From: a virus
Virus record (IMG/VR): IMGVR_UViG_3300036857_000619
Span: 1-64,000 of that record
Reading direction: 5' to 3' (one strand)
Length of the DNA stretch: 64,000 bases
Position numbers and translations under genes: made by a program. The stretch's first letter is position 1; every line of letters begins with the position of its first letter. This document shows positions 7,724 to 17,791 of this stretch, piece after piece. The notes below the pieces were generated by a model. It made no database searches and had not been told where the DNA came from. It was given only the letters and a program-made list of their open reading frames with translations.

Positions 7724-8608
7724 ATGAGCCGACCCGTGTACGCCGATACCCTGCCGCGCCCCCGGAATGGGCGCGGCTACCTGCGCGCACTCCACCAGGC
7801 ACCGAGCATCGAGTTCTGGTGCACCTGCTGCGCCTACTGCCGCCGCTGGGATGGCCCGCGCACCATCGGTGGCCGCCGCGACGCCAAGGCGCTGGCCAGC
7901 CGTTCGATCCGCCGCCAACTCGATCGCCAGCTCCGCGCCGAGCTGGCCTCTCTCCCGGAAGGAGCCTGACCCGTCATGACCCTGCCAGCCACCTGCTGCC
8001 ACCGCGAGGACATCTACCTCCGGCCTGCCCGACCCGTGCTTCGCCACCGCCAGCTACCGCCTGAGCTTCGACCAGGGCAACGGCTCGAGCGTCACGTTCG
8101 ACCTGTGCGATAGCCACGCCTGGGCGTACGTCGCCTTCAACGCCGACCAGGGCGGCCCCGGCGAGGGCGTCCAGGTCCAGGTCGAGCCCTGTCATGACCC
8201 CCGTGCCACCCACCGACGCCGAATCCGAGGCGGCACTCACCGCCTTCGCCGATGACCGCGCCTTCGCGCTCGCCCAGCTCACGCGCCTGGTCATGATCCG
8301 CCGCGCCGTCGCCGCCGGCTTCTACACCGACGCCCTCGAGGAGGCCGCCACGTCATGACCCGCAACCAGCCCTACGAACCGCTGTGCCAGCACGCCCTGC
8401 GCGTGCCGCTGTGCTGCGACCAGTGCGGCTTCGGCTTCGGCCTGTGCGCCGACTGCCCCGACCAGCCCTGCCCCGAGTGCGGCGCGCAGCTGGCGGCCTG
8501 CCTGCACACGAGCTACGTCCACGCGTGATCGGCCTCGAGCCATCCACGATTGCCCTGCTGCTGCTGCTGGCGCTCAGCCTCAGCTACATGCTCATCACCC
8601 GCGACTGA
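7724..8608 (+). other. Run of tiny coupled hypothetical ORFs, several with CxxC (e.g. 7724..7969)
   Basis: Stop/start overlaps and GC3 bias. Confidence 0.55.
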
Positions 8609-8621
8609 AAGGAGCCTGAGC

Positions 8622-8892
8622 TTGCATCATTCCCTGAGCACCGTGGCCACACCCGTCGCCAACCCCTACCTCGACTTCTACCGCCAGGCCGGCGTCCAGA
8701 GGTACAACCCGCGAGTGGACCGAGCTCGACGACAGGGTCTACATCCCGCAGTGGGACGGCATCCACGACTACCTGCAGGTCTACCAGCGCGCGCGCCGAC
8801 CGGCGCGGACCCTGCGCCGCTGCGCCGCCGCGTACGCCGAGGACTGCCCCCTCGAGACCTGCGCCCGCCACGGCCGCCGCATCGACCGCTAG
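8622..8892 (+). pseudogene. Hypothetical gene with an apparent +1 frameshift near 8710
   Basis: TTG start with AAGGAG SD; coding-like codons switch from one frame (...RYN) to the +1 frame (REWTELDDRVYIPQW...IDR*), which has no start codon of its own. Confidence 0.4.
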
Positions 8893-9096
8893 AGCCTCGT
8901 TTCGGACCGAAAACCTGGCAAGCCTGGGCCATTCCCTGCCTGCCGCCTGTGCGCACCTGTCACGCCCTGAGCCTGGCCTGTCACGGGCCTGTCATGCGCG
9001 CGTGACGGAGCGGTGCGCGCGCGCGAGCTACAACCAACCACCGCCTTACTCCGGCGTGACCACCGCCTACCCAGCCTGGGAGACACCAGCCCTGTC

Positions 9097-9561
9097 ATGA
9101 CGCTCCGTCCCTACCTCCTCATCGCGCCGCTGCTGCTGGCGAGCACGCTGGCCGCCTGCACGCCGGCACCACGCATCGAGCGCATCGCCACCAAGCTGGT
9201 GGCCGTCCCGCTTTTTCGCACCGAGGCCGACTTCCGCGCCGGCTGGCCGCGCGTGCTGACCGACGGTCCCTTCCAGTCCCCGCCCAGCCAGACGTGGATC
9301 GAAGGCACCGCGTCGATCCAGCCCCTCGAGCCCGAGCAGTTGGCTCGCACCGGCCAGTGCAAGGACCTGCCGCTGCACGTACGCGTCGGCGCCGATGGCG
9401 CGCTGGGTGTGCCGCCGCCCGCAACGCAGGAGCCAAGCGTGCTCCGCACCCAACGCGCGATGGACCCCAAGCTCATCGCGTACAGGGGCGACGAGGGCTG
9501 GATCAGCGTGTGCGATCTCGAGGGGCGCATGCGCACGAGCGGACCCAACGCGACCGCGTAA
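9097..9561 (+). CDS. Putative lipoprotein (154 aa)
   Basis: MTLRPYLLIAPLLLASTLAAC: hydrophobic signal peptide with lipobox LAAC. Confidence 0.65.
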   Translation: MTLRPYLLIAPLLLASTLAACTPAPRIERIATKLVAVPLFRTEADFRAGWPRVLTDGPFQSPPSQTWIEGTASIQPLEPEQLARTGQCKDLPLHVRVGADGALGVPPPATQEPSVLRTQRAMDPKLIAYRGDEGWISVCDLEGRMRTSGPNATA

Positions 9562-9584
9562 CACGCCCGCGCGGATCGGGGAGT

Positions 9585-9622
9585 TTGCAAGATAGCATCC
9601 CGATGTGCTACAGTTTCTGTCC
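9585..9622 (+). promoter_or_regulatory. Promoter family copy 4 (palindromic-spacer subtype)
   Basis: TTGCAA-18 nt-TACAGT with TG extension; TAGCA...TGCTA inverted repeat. Confidence 0.7.
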
Positions 9623-9737
9623 CGAGTTCGACTGAATTCGGCTCCGCCCCGCTTCGCGTGGGGCGCGTCCACTGCGCAAACCCGCGTCCGAGTGACGCCG
9701 CACGCCCCTGTCAGTCGCCCCCTGAAGGAGCACCTCG

Positions 9738-10061
9738 TTGCCGCACCTGACCAAGCACACCGCCGCGCACGTCGAAATCGCCGACGACAAGACCAAGGCT
9801 GTCACGCCGTATCTGGCCATCCGCCGCAGCTCGCACGAGCTCTCCAGCGGCGAGTTCCGCAAGAACATGAGCGGCGGCCTGTGGATCAACCTGTCGGCCG
9901 ATCGCCCCAACGCGGAGATCGTCCGCGACCTGACCGACGCCGCGATGGCCGCGCTGGCCTTCGTCGAGCTGGCCAAGGCCGAGATCGACGCCCGCTCGGC
10001 GCCCACGCCGATCGCCGCCAGCTCCAAGCCCGGCTCAAAGGGCAAGAAAGCCGCGGCCTGA
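9738..10061 (+). CDS. Putative PC4/YdbC-like ssDNA-binding protein (107 aa)
   Basis: PYLAIRR...GEFRK...GLWINL resembles the PC4 core; TTG start with AAGGAG SD. Confidence 0.35.
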   Translation: MPHLTKHTAAHVEIADDKTKAVTPYLAIRRSSHELSSGEFRKNMSGGLWINLSADRPNAEIVRDLTDAAMAALAFVELAKAEIDARSAPTPIAASSKPGSKGKKAAA

Positions 10062-11805
10062 GTGCCGCGCACCCTGTACCAGCTCGAGGGCCAGCAGCTT
10101 CGGCTGCTGGACTCGAAGGTCAACGCCGCCCGCGCGCACCTCATCCACATCGCGCGTGAGGCCGGCGACGTGCCCGAGTGGAACGCCGGCGGCCACGGCT
10201 ACGAGGCGCTCATGCTCCTCGAGAGCGCGCGCGAGCTGATCGACGCCTACCTCACCTCGAGCCAGACCCTCCAGGACGAGGACGACTAGGTGAGCCACCC
10301 CGCGGACTGCTTCGTCTGCGCCGACAAACGCGCCCGCTTCGCGCGGGCCTACCCCGCCAAGGAGGCAACCATCGCCATGACCATCCCTGAGCGCGAGTCT
10401 CGCTTCGACGAGAACCACGATGGTCCCGAGTGCATCAACTGCCAGCTGCCCATGCCCGAGGGCGCGCGCTGGCAGACGCTCGTCATCGCCAGGGTCACCA
10501 CCCAGGGCGAGATGGACACGCTCGACGACTGGGCGCTGTGCCCGGACTGCGAGACCGCCTCGCCCGATCAGCTCGGCAAGTTCGTGAGGTACGCCCTGTC
10601 GTGAAGCGCATCACGCTGCTGCTGACCGAGGACGAGGCCGACGCCCTGGTCGAGGACGTGACCTTCGACACCAACACCGCGGAAGAGTACGGAGGCCACC
10701 CGGCCTCCGACTCCCTGCTCCGCAAAATCCGCCGCGCCCTGAGTCTGCCCGAGATCCAGGACGCTCCGCTGGCTCAGTGCAGCATCTGCGGCGGCTACGG
10801 CGGCGAGCACGATTGGGAGGTTCATACGGCCGAGTTGAGGCAGGGTCATGACTGAACTGGACATGCAGCGCATCGCCGAGCTGGTCGCCCAGGCCGGCTT
10901 CACGGCCTACGTCGAGCACACCGGCGGCGGCGTCATGACCATCTACGCCTACCGTGAGCCCGGCGTGTCGCTGCCCTGCCGCACCCAGCCCGACGTCGAG
11001 GCCGGGCCGGGCTCGCTCGTCGAGGGGCGCTCGACCGGCTTCCGAGGCGACTTTTACGTCGGCCGCTCCGGCGACGACGCCGCACGCCAGGAGTGGGGCC
11101 AGGACGAGTACCGCACCGACCTGGTCACCGTCACCGACGAGACTCTCGAGCAGGTCGCCGAGCTCATCGTCCGCCAGCTGCGCCAGGCATTCGAGGAGTG
11201 GGGGCCGCGCCGCGAGCCGCCGCTGTGCCTGCGCTACCGGCCAGCGCGTTCCGCTCAGTGCCAGAACCTGGCGGTGTGGGACCTGGCCGCCGACGACGGC
11301 AGCGACGGCACCGTCGCGCGGGTGTCGTCGGTGTGCAACGACCACCTGGCCGAGCGTGTCCGGGAGTGGTACGACGGCGCGATCGTCAGCGACGAGACCG
11401 CCGTCCAGGTCCGCCCGTGGGACCCGGACCTGCGCGAGCCGGCCGACTAGCCGTGGCCGCCTCGAACCAGCCGATCCCCGTCTACGATCCGCCCGCCTTC
11501 TGCAAGGCGACGCAGCGCGACGCGAAGGGCGTCGCCCACCAGTGCACGGTCCTGGGCACGCACACGCGCCACGTGTGCACCCCGGCCTGCCGCTACACCT
11601 GGCAGGCGAACAAGCCCGGCAGCAAGCCCAGGGCGGAGCGATGACCGGCGACGAGTTCGTGCAACGTCTGGCGCGCCTGGTCGACGAGCTGTTCGAGGAC
11701 GAGGCCGACCTGCGGCTGTTCCGCGACTGGCTGCAGCTGTACCGGGCGCAGCGGCGCCGCCTACCACCGCCCGCGGCCAGGAGCGAGGCAACGCCCTCGA
11801 CCTGA
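10062..11805 (+). other. Cluster of hypothetical ORFs (10062..10289, 10290..10604, 10601..10855, 10848..11450, 11641..11805)
   Basis: Abutting or overlapping stop-start junctions, GC3 bias, several CxxC. Confidence 0.65.
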
Positions 11806-11861
11806 GCTCATAGCGCCACGCGCGGGCGCATCGCCACCGCGCCGCCGCATGCTCCGAGACG

Positions 11862-11895
11862 TTGCAGAAATGGTGCCGATGTGCTAGTATTTCTG
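11862..11895 (+). promoter_or_regulatory. Promoter family copy 5
   Basis: TTGCAG-17 nt (AAATGGTGCCGATGTGC)-TAGTAT-TTCT; followed by TTCCACCCAGGAGGT. Confidence 0.7.
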
Positions 11896-12469
11896 CGTTG
11901 AGTTTCGCCGACCGTTCCACCCAGGAGGTACCACCTATTTCTCGCTCAGTTCGCATGCGCACGCTGCGCGGCCGCGATCTCGGGCAACTGCTCGATCCGC
12001 AGCCTCCGTCCGCCGAGCCGCTCGACTGCGGCTGCACGCTCGCCGATCCGCGCACGTGGTGCGCCGTCCACGCCGACCTGCTCGGCGAAGTCCTGACTGC
12101 CTGGACCAGCGGCATCTCCTGGCAGCGCCGCGCCATCTGGCAGGAGGCCGACGGTCTGGGCGTGCGCGGCCACGTGCCGCCCGGCGGCCGCTTCGATCGA
12201 ACCGCCCTGGAGCGCTCCACGCCCCCCGCCGTCGAGAGGATGTGGCGTGTATGTCACGATCTCGGCCCGCTCGGCTGATGCGGCTCGCCTTGCTGCCGCC
12301 CGACCCCGAGACCATCGACGGCTGGCGCTGCCCGCACTGCGCCGAGAACCTGCCGCTCGCCGACGTGCGCGCTCACGTCCGCCTCCACGATTGCCCCGGC
12401 TGCATGCTGGAGCTGCTCGTGGTCGACGCCGTGATCGCCGAGCAGCGCCAGCGCAGGCGCAACTGAGCC

Positions 12470-12619
12470 GTGAACGCGCTCGGCTGTCTCGGCCTGCTGC
12501 TGCTGCTGGCGCTGGCCGTCGCCTTCCCGCCGTTGTTCGCGGGCGTCGGCTGCGCCCTGCTGCTCGTCGGCGGCTACTTCATCCTCCGCGGCCTGTCCGA
12601 GCCGCGCGAACGCCGCTAA
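12470..12619 (+). CDS. Small membrane protein (49 aa, about 2 TM)
   Basis: VNALGCLGLLLLLALAVAFPPLFAGVGCALLLVGGYFIL. Confidence 0.55.
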   Translation: MNALGCLGLLLLLALAVAFPPLFAGVGCALLLVGGYFILRGLSEPRERR

Positions 12620-12639
12620 GCCTCAGGAGAACCATCCAC

Positions 12640-12840
12640 GTGAATCGACTCCACCCACTCACCTTCGTCCTGCTCATCGGCCTCGCCGTGGCCGTCCTTG
12701 GCAACGCTGCCACGCACGCCATGACCTGGCTGGGCGTCAACCTGTTCGCCCTGTTCTACGACGACTGGCTGCTGATCGGCCTGTTCGTGGTCATGCTGGT
12801 CGCCAGCTTCCTGCTCGGACGCGCCCGCAGCCAGAGCTGA
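12640..12840 (+). CDS. Small membrane protein (66 aa, about 2 TM)
   Basis: AGGAG SD; two hydrophobic segments. Confidence 0.6.
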   Translation: MNRLHPLTFVLLIGLAVAVLGNAATHAMTWLGVNLFALFYDDWLLIGLFVVMLVASFLLGRARSQS

Positions 12841-12920
12841 GCAGTGCCCACATCGGAGGGATCCGCGGCCCGTTTTCGGGCCGCGCGCACGTCGCCAAGC
12901 ACCCTCAAGGAGAACCGCAA

Positions 12921-13748
12921 TTGCCTGCACGAGCCATCTGGAGCGGCGCTATCACGCTCAGCCTGCTGAGCATCCCCGTCAAGCTGTACGCGGCCACGGA
13001 AAGTAAGGACCTCGCCTTCAACACCCTGCACAGCCAGTGCAGCAGCCGCTTGAATCAGAAGCGCTGGTGCGCCACGTGCGACCGCGAGGTTCCCTCGGAG
13101 GAGACCGAGCGCGCCTACCAGTGGTCGAAGGGCGTCTACGTCCCGGTCAGCGACGACGACCTGGCCAGCGTGGCCGTCGAGTCGGCCCACACCATCGACC
13201 TCAAGCAGTTCGCCGGCGCCGAGGAGTTCGACCCGGTGTACTTCGAGAAGGCGTACTGGCTCGAGCCCGACAAGATCGGCGTGGGCCCCTACAACCTGCT
13301 CTACCGCGCCCTGCAGGAGCGCAACGTCTACGGCATTGGGACGGTGACCCTGCGCACCAAGGAGCGCCTGGTCGCGCTGCGTGCCGGCGGCGGGCCGCAG
13401 CCGGCGCTGATGCTCGACACCCTGTTCTACCCGGACGAGATCCGCGAGCGCGCCGCGCTCAGCATGCCCGCCGTCGACGCCCGCCAGCTCGAGGTCGCGC
13501 TGCAGCTGGTGGATGCCAAGACCGAGCCGTTCGTGCCGGCCGACAACGTCGACACCTACCGCGACGCGCTGCTAGCGCTCATCACTGCCAAGCAGAGCGG
13601 CCAGGCGATCGTCGCGCCCATCGCCACGGCCAAGCCCGAGGCTGGCATCCCGGACCTGATGTCCATGCTGCAAGCCGCCGTCGCCGACGCGCAGACCAAG
13701 GCGCGGCCGGACGCCATCCAGCCCAAGCGCAAGAAGGGAGCCGCTTAG
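12921..13748 (+). CDS. ku: Prokaryotic Ku (NHEJ DNA-end-binding protein), 275 aa
   Basis: RAIWSGAITLSLLSIPVKLY, DPVYFEKAYWLEP, LDTLFYPDEIR and a basic tail: typical YkoV/Ku; 8-bp hairpin at 12865-12884 upstream. Confidence 0.95.
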   Translation: MPARAIWSGAITLSLLSIPVKLYAATESKDLAFNTLHSQCSSRLNQKRWCATCDREVPSEETERAYQWSKGVYVPVSDDDLASVAVESAHTIDLKQFAGAEEFDPVYFEKAYWLEPDKIGVGPYNLLYRALQERNVYGIGTVTLRTKERLVALRAGGGPQPALMLDTLFYPDEIRERAALSMPAVDARQLEVALQLVDAKTEPFVPADNVDTYRDALLALITAKQSGQAIVAPIATAKPEAGIPDLMSMLQAAVADAQTKARPDAIQPKRKKGAA

Positions 13749-13753
13749 CCATC

Positions 13754-14353
13754 ATGCCCAACCATTGCGAATCCGACCTGATCGTCACCGGGCCTGCCGA
13801 GCAGATCGACGAGTTCCTGGCCAAGCACGTCGTCAAGGATGACGGGACCGTGCTCGACCTGAACACGATCCGCCCGTACCCGCAGGAGCTCGCGGAGCTC
13901 GACCGCGCCGAAAGAGAGTGGTCGAGCGGCTACGAGGCTGCCCGCGCCGCCGCGGGCGAGGGCGACAGCCCGCTGCCCAGGGAGCTGAGCATGGCCGTCT
14001 ACCAGGAGTACGTTCGCCAGCACGGCGAGCGCCCCAAGGACGGCTTCAACTCGGGCGGCTACGACTGGTGCGTCAAGAACTGGGGCACGAAGTGGGGCTG
14101 CTACCACCAGGGCTACACCGGCAAGCCGCCGCTCAGACGCACAAGCCGCGGGCGTGTCGAACTGCACTTCTCGACCGCCTGGGGGCCCTTTGATACGGGG
14201 CTGCTCGAGGAGGTCTCGACGAAGTTCCCCGCCCTCAAGTTCAAGATGGACTCGTACGAGCGCGGCATGGGCTTCCAGTGCCACGTCGTCGTCGAGGGCG
14301 GCGAGATCGCCGACGAAACGAGCGGCGACTACCACGGCTCTCGGGGAGGCTGA
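13754..14353 (+). CDS. DUF1281/YubB-like ferredoxin-fold protein (199 aa)
   Basis: MPNHCE...YDWCVKNWGTKW...FSTAWGP...YERGMGF pattern. Confidence 0.7.
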   Translation: MPNHCESDLIVTGPAEQIDEFLAKHVVKDDGTVLDLNTIRPYPQELAELDRAEREWSSGYEAARAAAGEGDSPLPRELSMAVYQEYVRQHGERPKDGFNSGGYDWCVKNWGTKWGCYHQGYTGKPPLRRTSRGRVELHFSTAWGPFDTGLLEEVSTKFPALKFKMDSYERGMGFQCHVVVEGGEIADETSGDYHGSRGG

Positions 14354-14359
14354 GCCCGG

Positions 14360-15470
14360 TGACGAGCCACTTCTCGCTTGGCAATTCTTCCCGAGGCCCG
14401 ATCGGCTTCTGCGCGCGCGTCGACGCGGGCAACAAGTCGGAGGCGGTCGAGAAGCTCAAGGAGTACATCGAGGACCTCAACCGCGAGGTCTCCGTCAGCA
14501 GCTACGACGACGACATCGAGTATTTCGAGGTCTATCTCAACCCGGACGTGATCAGCACGCGCCACATCGACGAGGTGGGCGGATGAGCGTCCAGCGCTGC
14601 GGCGCCACGGTCGACGTGCGCGACGGCCCGTACAGCGAACCGATCCCCTGGCAGCGGTGCGGCAAGCCCGTCGGCCACGAGGGCAGCTGCGATGTGGTGT
14701 TCACCGTCTACTACAGCGACGCTGACGGCAACGAAACCGACGTCGAGGATTTCCTCGCGCGCGACGAAGCTGAGCAGGCTGCCGAGTACCTGATGGGCAT
14801 TCGCGATGTCAGTCAGGTCCTGACGGGCTGCACATTCGAGGTTCGGGAGGCAACCGAAGAGTCATGACGCTCAAGAACCGTGAGGTCCAGATCACCATCC
14901 CGGATGACGCCTGGGAGCCGAACGACGGGTTAGCCGATCCACGCTCGCGGCTGCTGGCGACGATCAGCATCAACGACTGCCCGATGCACCTCGAGGCGTG
15001 GGAAGTCCGCGTCAACGAGGAGGGCATCCAGGAACCCACGGCGATCGAGGACGACGGCGACTTCTGGAATCTGTACGCGGCCGTGGGCGCCGACGGCCAC
15101 TTCCAGACCGTGGAGATCGGCGGGCGCGAGTACATCCTCGTGGCCAGCCCCTACTGCTGAGGAGAACATGCAGCAAATCACCACCACGACGGTCATCCGC
15201 CAGCTCGAACGCCCGCCGTGCCCAAAGTGCGGCGGCAGGCTCGACTTCACACGCCGCTACATCGGCACCGAATCGCGCGGCATCCAGGCGCTTGAGCGCC
15301 AGCTGCCGATCGCGACAGGCCCGGATGCGCGCGGTCCCGACACGTGGCGCCTCACCGTCGACGACGAGGTCGCCAGCGACGAGTACGACGAGATCCTCGA
15401 GGAGCGCGTGTTCTGCCTCGACGACGCCTGCGGCTTCGCCGTGAGCGGCGACCGACTGGAGGTCGAGTAG
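14360..15470 (+). other. Four short hypothetical ORFs (about 14360..14586, 14583..14867, 14864..15160, 15168..15470)
   Basis: Coupled junctions and acidic composition. Confidence 0.6.
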
Positions 15471-16160
15471 TTGATCTACCTGTCCGGCGTGGTGCGCCCC
15501 GAGATCCTGGGCGCGCGCGCCGACCTGGGCGTCATGATGACGCCGCGGGCGGGCAACCGCCCCGACCTGAGCCGGACGTACTGGGCCCTGGACAACGGCC
15601 TGTACCACGACACCGACGAGCCCGAGCGGCAGTTCGACGACGACCGCTTCTTCCGCCTGCTGGATGCTACCGAGCGCTACAAGCCGACGTGCCTGTTCCT
15701 GGTCTGCCCGGACGTGCCCTACGAGGACGTGAACACCATCACGCTGTCGATGCTGTGGTGGCCGGCCCTGAGAAAGACGGGCTACCCGCTGGCGCTGGCC
15801 GCGCAGAACGGCATGGAGCGCTGGCGCATCCCCTGGGAGTGCTACGACTGGCTGTTCCTGGGTGGCACCGTCGACTGGAAGTTTTCTCCAGGCGCCGCCG
15901 GCATGGTCCGCCAGGCGAAGGCGCGCGGGCTGAGAGTACATCTCGGCAAGTGCAACTCGCTCAAACGGCTTGTTTGGGCGAAGGCGCTCGGCTGCGATAC
16001 CGCCGATGGCACCTACGTCGCGTTCCGTGCGCGCGGCGGCGGCAAGGGCCGCGGCGTGCGCGAGATCGCCGGCTGGCTCGATCAAATCAATGGGAGGCCA
16101 CCATCCCCACCAACTTCGAGGCTCGCGACGTTCTCGCCGCCGCCCGCCGTGGCGGCCTAG
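15471..16160 (+). CDS. TGT/DpdA-like TIM-barrel protein (229 aa)
   Basis: WALDNG, CPDVP, AQNG, FLGG, VHLG and DTADGT motifs resemble the tRNA-guanine transglycosylase-like family. Confidence 0.5.
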   Translation: MIYLSGVVRPEILGARADLGVMMTPRAGNRPDLSRTYWALDNGLYHDTDEPERQFDDDRFFRLLDATERYKPTCLFLVCPDVPYEDVNTITLSMLWWPALRKTGYPLALAAQNGMERWRIPWECYDWLFLGGTVDWKFSPGAAGMVRQAKARGLRVHLGKCNSLKRLVWAKALGCDTADGTYVAFRARGGGKGRGVREIAGWLDQINGRPPSPPTSRLATFSPPPAVAA

Positions 16161-16381
16161 AGCGCGAAGTACACCGCACCGTGCCGATCGCCGAGCTCGC
16201 CACTCCCGATCCGAACGCCCTGGTCCAGCAGGTTCTGACTGTCTGGGCCCAGTGCCTGGAGCTGCTCCAGGCGCGCATGGAAGGAGCCTGAGCTTTGACG
16301 CTGCTACTGCACGCGCTACACCCGCCGACGATCCCCGGTGTCCGTCCCCTGGAAGCGGAGTGGTCCACCTAGCCGGCTCCC

Positions 16382-17257
16382 GTGGAAGCCTTCGGTCTGT
16401 GCGCGCGCGCCGAGCGCCTGCCAGACCGACTGCAGGATTGGCTCATGGAGCCCAAGCTGGACGGCGTGCGCGTGCATGTCCGCGCCGGCGGTGGGCGCGT
16501 GGACGTCATGACGCGCCGCGGCCAGCGTTTCAACGGCCGCCTGCCGCGCATCGAGTCGCGGCTAGAGTCCCTCGAGCTCGTGCTCGACGGCGAGGTGGTG
16601 TGGTTCGACCGCTCGGGCCAGGTCGACTTTCACCACGGCTCGGGCCTGTTCCGCGCCGAGCCGACGCTCAGCCTGCGGCGGCAGCTGGCCGAGGGGCCGC
16701 TGGTGCTGATGGCCTGGGACATCCTGTCGTTGGCGGGCAATGACCTGCGCGGGCTGCCGATCGAGGAGCGCCGCGAGGTGGTAGCCAAGCTGGTCGAAAT
16801 CCTCGAGCTCGACGAGCTGCGGCTGGTCGACCAGGTGCCCGCCAGTCCCGAGGCCCAGGCGTACTTCGTGTCCGTCTACCACGAGGGCGTGGTGCTCAAA
16901 CGGCGAGGCAGTGCCTATCCCCGCGGCCGCGGCGGCAGCTGGCTGAAGCTCAAGGAGGTCTTCGACGAGGACGTGGTGATCATGGGCCTGGTCGAAGGCA
17001 AGAACTCGCTGACCGGCACCACCGGCGCGGTCGCCTTCGGCCAATACCGCGACGGGGTGTTGGTGCAGCGTGGCACCTGCAGCGGCATGGACGACCGGAC
17101 CCGTCATGACCTGTGGGCGAATTTTCCCGAGCGCTACGAGAGCCGCGTACTCGTGATTCGCCACATGGGACATGACGGAGCCGGCTTCCGTCACCCGCAA
17201 TGGCAGTATCTGCGCCCGCTGGATGACAAAGCCCCGGAGGAGTGCCTTTGGACGTAA
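16382..17257 (+). CDS. Minimal ATP-dependent DNA ligase (adenylation + OB domain); true start uncertain
   Basis: Motif I EPKLDGVR, III LDGEVV, IIIa AWDIL, IV EGVVLK, V WLKLK. Confidence 0.9.
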   Translation: MEAFGLCARAERLPDRLQDWLMEPKLDGVRVHVRAGGGRVDVMTRRGQRFNGRLPRIESRLESLELVLDGEVVWFDRSGQVDFHHGSGLFRAEPTLSLRRQLAEGPLVLMAWDILSLAGNDLRGLPIEERREVVAKLVEILELDELRLVDQVPASPEAQAYFVSVYHEGVVLKRRGSAYPRGRGGSWLKLKEVFDEDVVIMGLVEGKNSLTGTTGAVAFGQYRDGVLVQRGTCSGMDDRTRHDLWANFPERYESRVLVIRHMGHDGAGFRHPQWQYLRPLDDKAPEECLWT

Positions 17258-17781
17258 CACCCGAGCAGATCGCCTGGGCGGCGGGTTTGTTTGAGGGTGA
17301 GGGCAGCATTTCGCTGGCTTACAAACTCAGCGGCCCGGCTCGCACGAGGCTCGGCTACGGCCGCATGGTGGTGGCCATGACCGATCGCGATGTTGTGGAA
17401 CGGTTTCACAAGGTCATGGGCTGTGGGACGGTCCGCACCGCAAAGCGCCCACCGCATAAGGACATCCATATCTGGAGCACCACAAGCCGCGCGTCGTTCG
17501 TGAAGGTCAGTGAGGCGCTCGGACCATGGCTTGGCGCGCGTCGCCGCGAGCGTCTCGAAGCAGTCATAGCCGCCTCGTCTCCAGTGCGCCGCCGCCCACC
17601 GAAGCGGCAGTTGTGCCGTCGCGGACACTGGCTGCACGGTGACAACGCAAAGCCCAATGGGCTCGCCGCGAACGGGCTGCCGAAGATCGCCTGCCGCAAA
17701 TGCATCAACGAAGCGCAGCGAGCGCGCTACGCGCGGAGAACGCGTGACGACAAGTCCGCCCTGGATTGCACCTGGAGCTAA
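17248..17781 (+). CDS. Free-standing single-motif LAGLIDADG homing endonuclease with C-terminal Zn domain (177 aa)
   Basis: WAAGLFEGEGSI motif; V.MTD..V; CRRGH...CRKC; overlaps the ligase stop. Confidence 0.8.
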   Translation: MDVTPEQIAWAAGLFEGEGSISLAYKLSGPARTRLGYGRMVVAMTDRDVVERFHKVMGCGTVRTAKRPPHKDIHIWSTTSRASFVKVSEALGPWLGARRRERLEAVIAASSPVRRRPPKRQLCRRGHWLHGDNAKPNGLAANGLPKIACRKCINEAQRARYARRTRDDKSALDCTWS

Positions 17782-17791
17782 GGAGGGCTCA

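Noticed and set aside
12470-12840. Holin/lysis cassette
   Set aside because: These small membrane ORFs have no adjacent endolysin and lie in the early arm.
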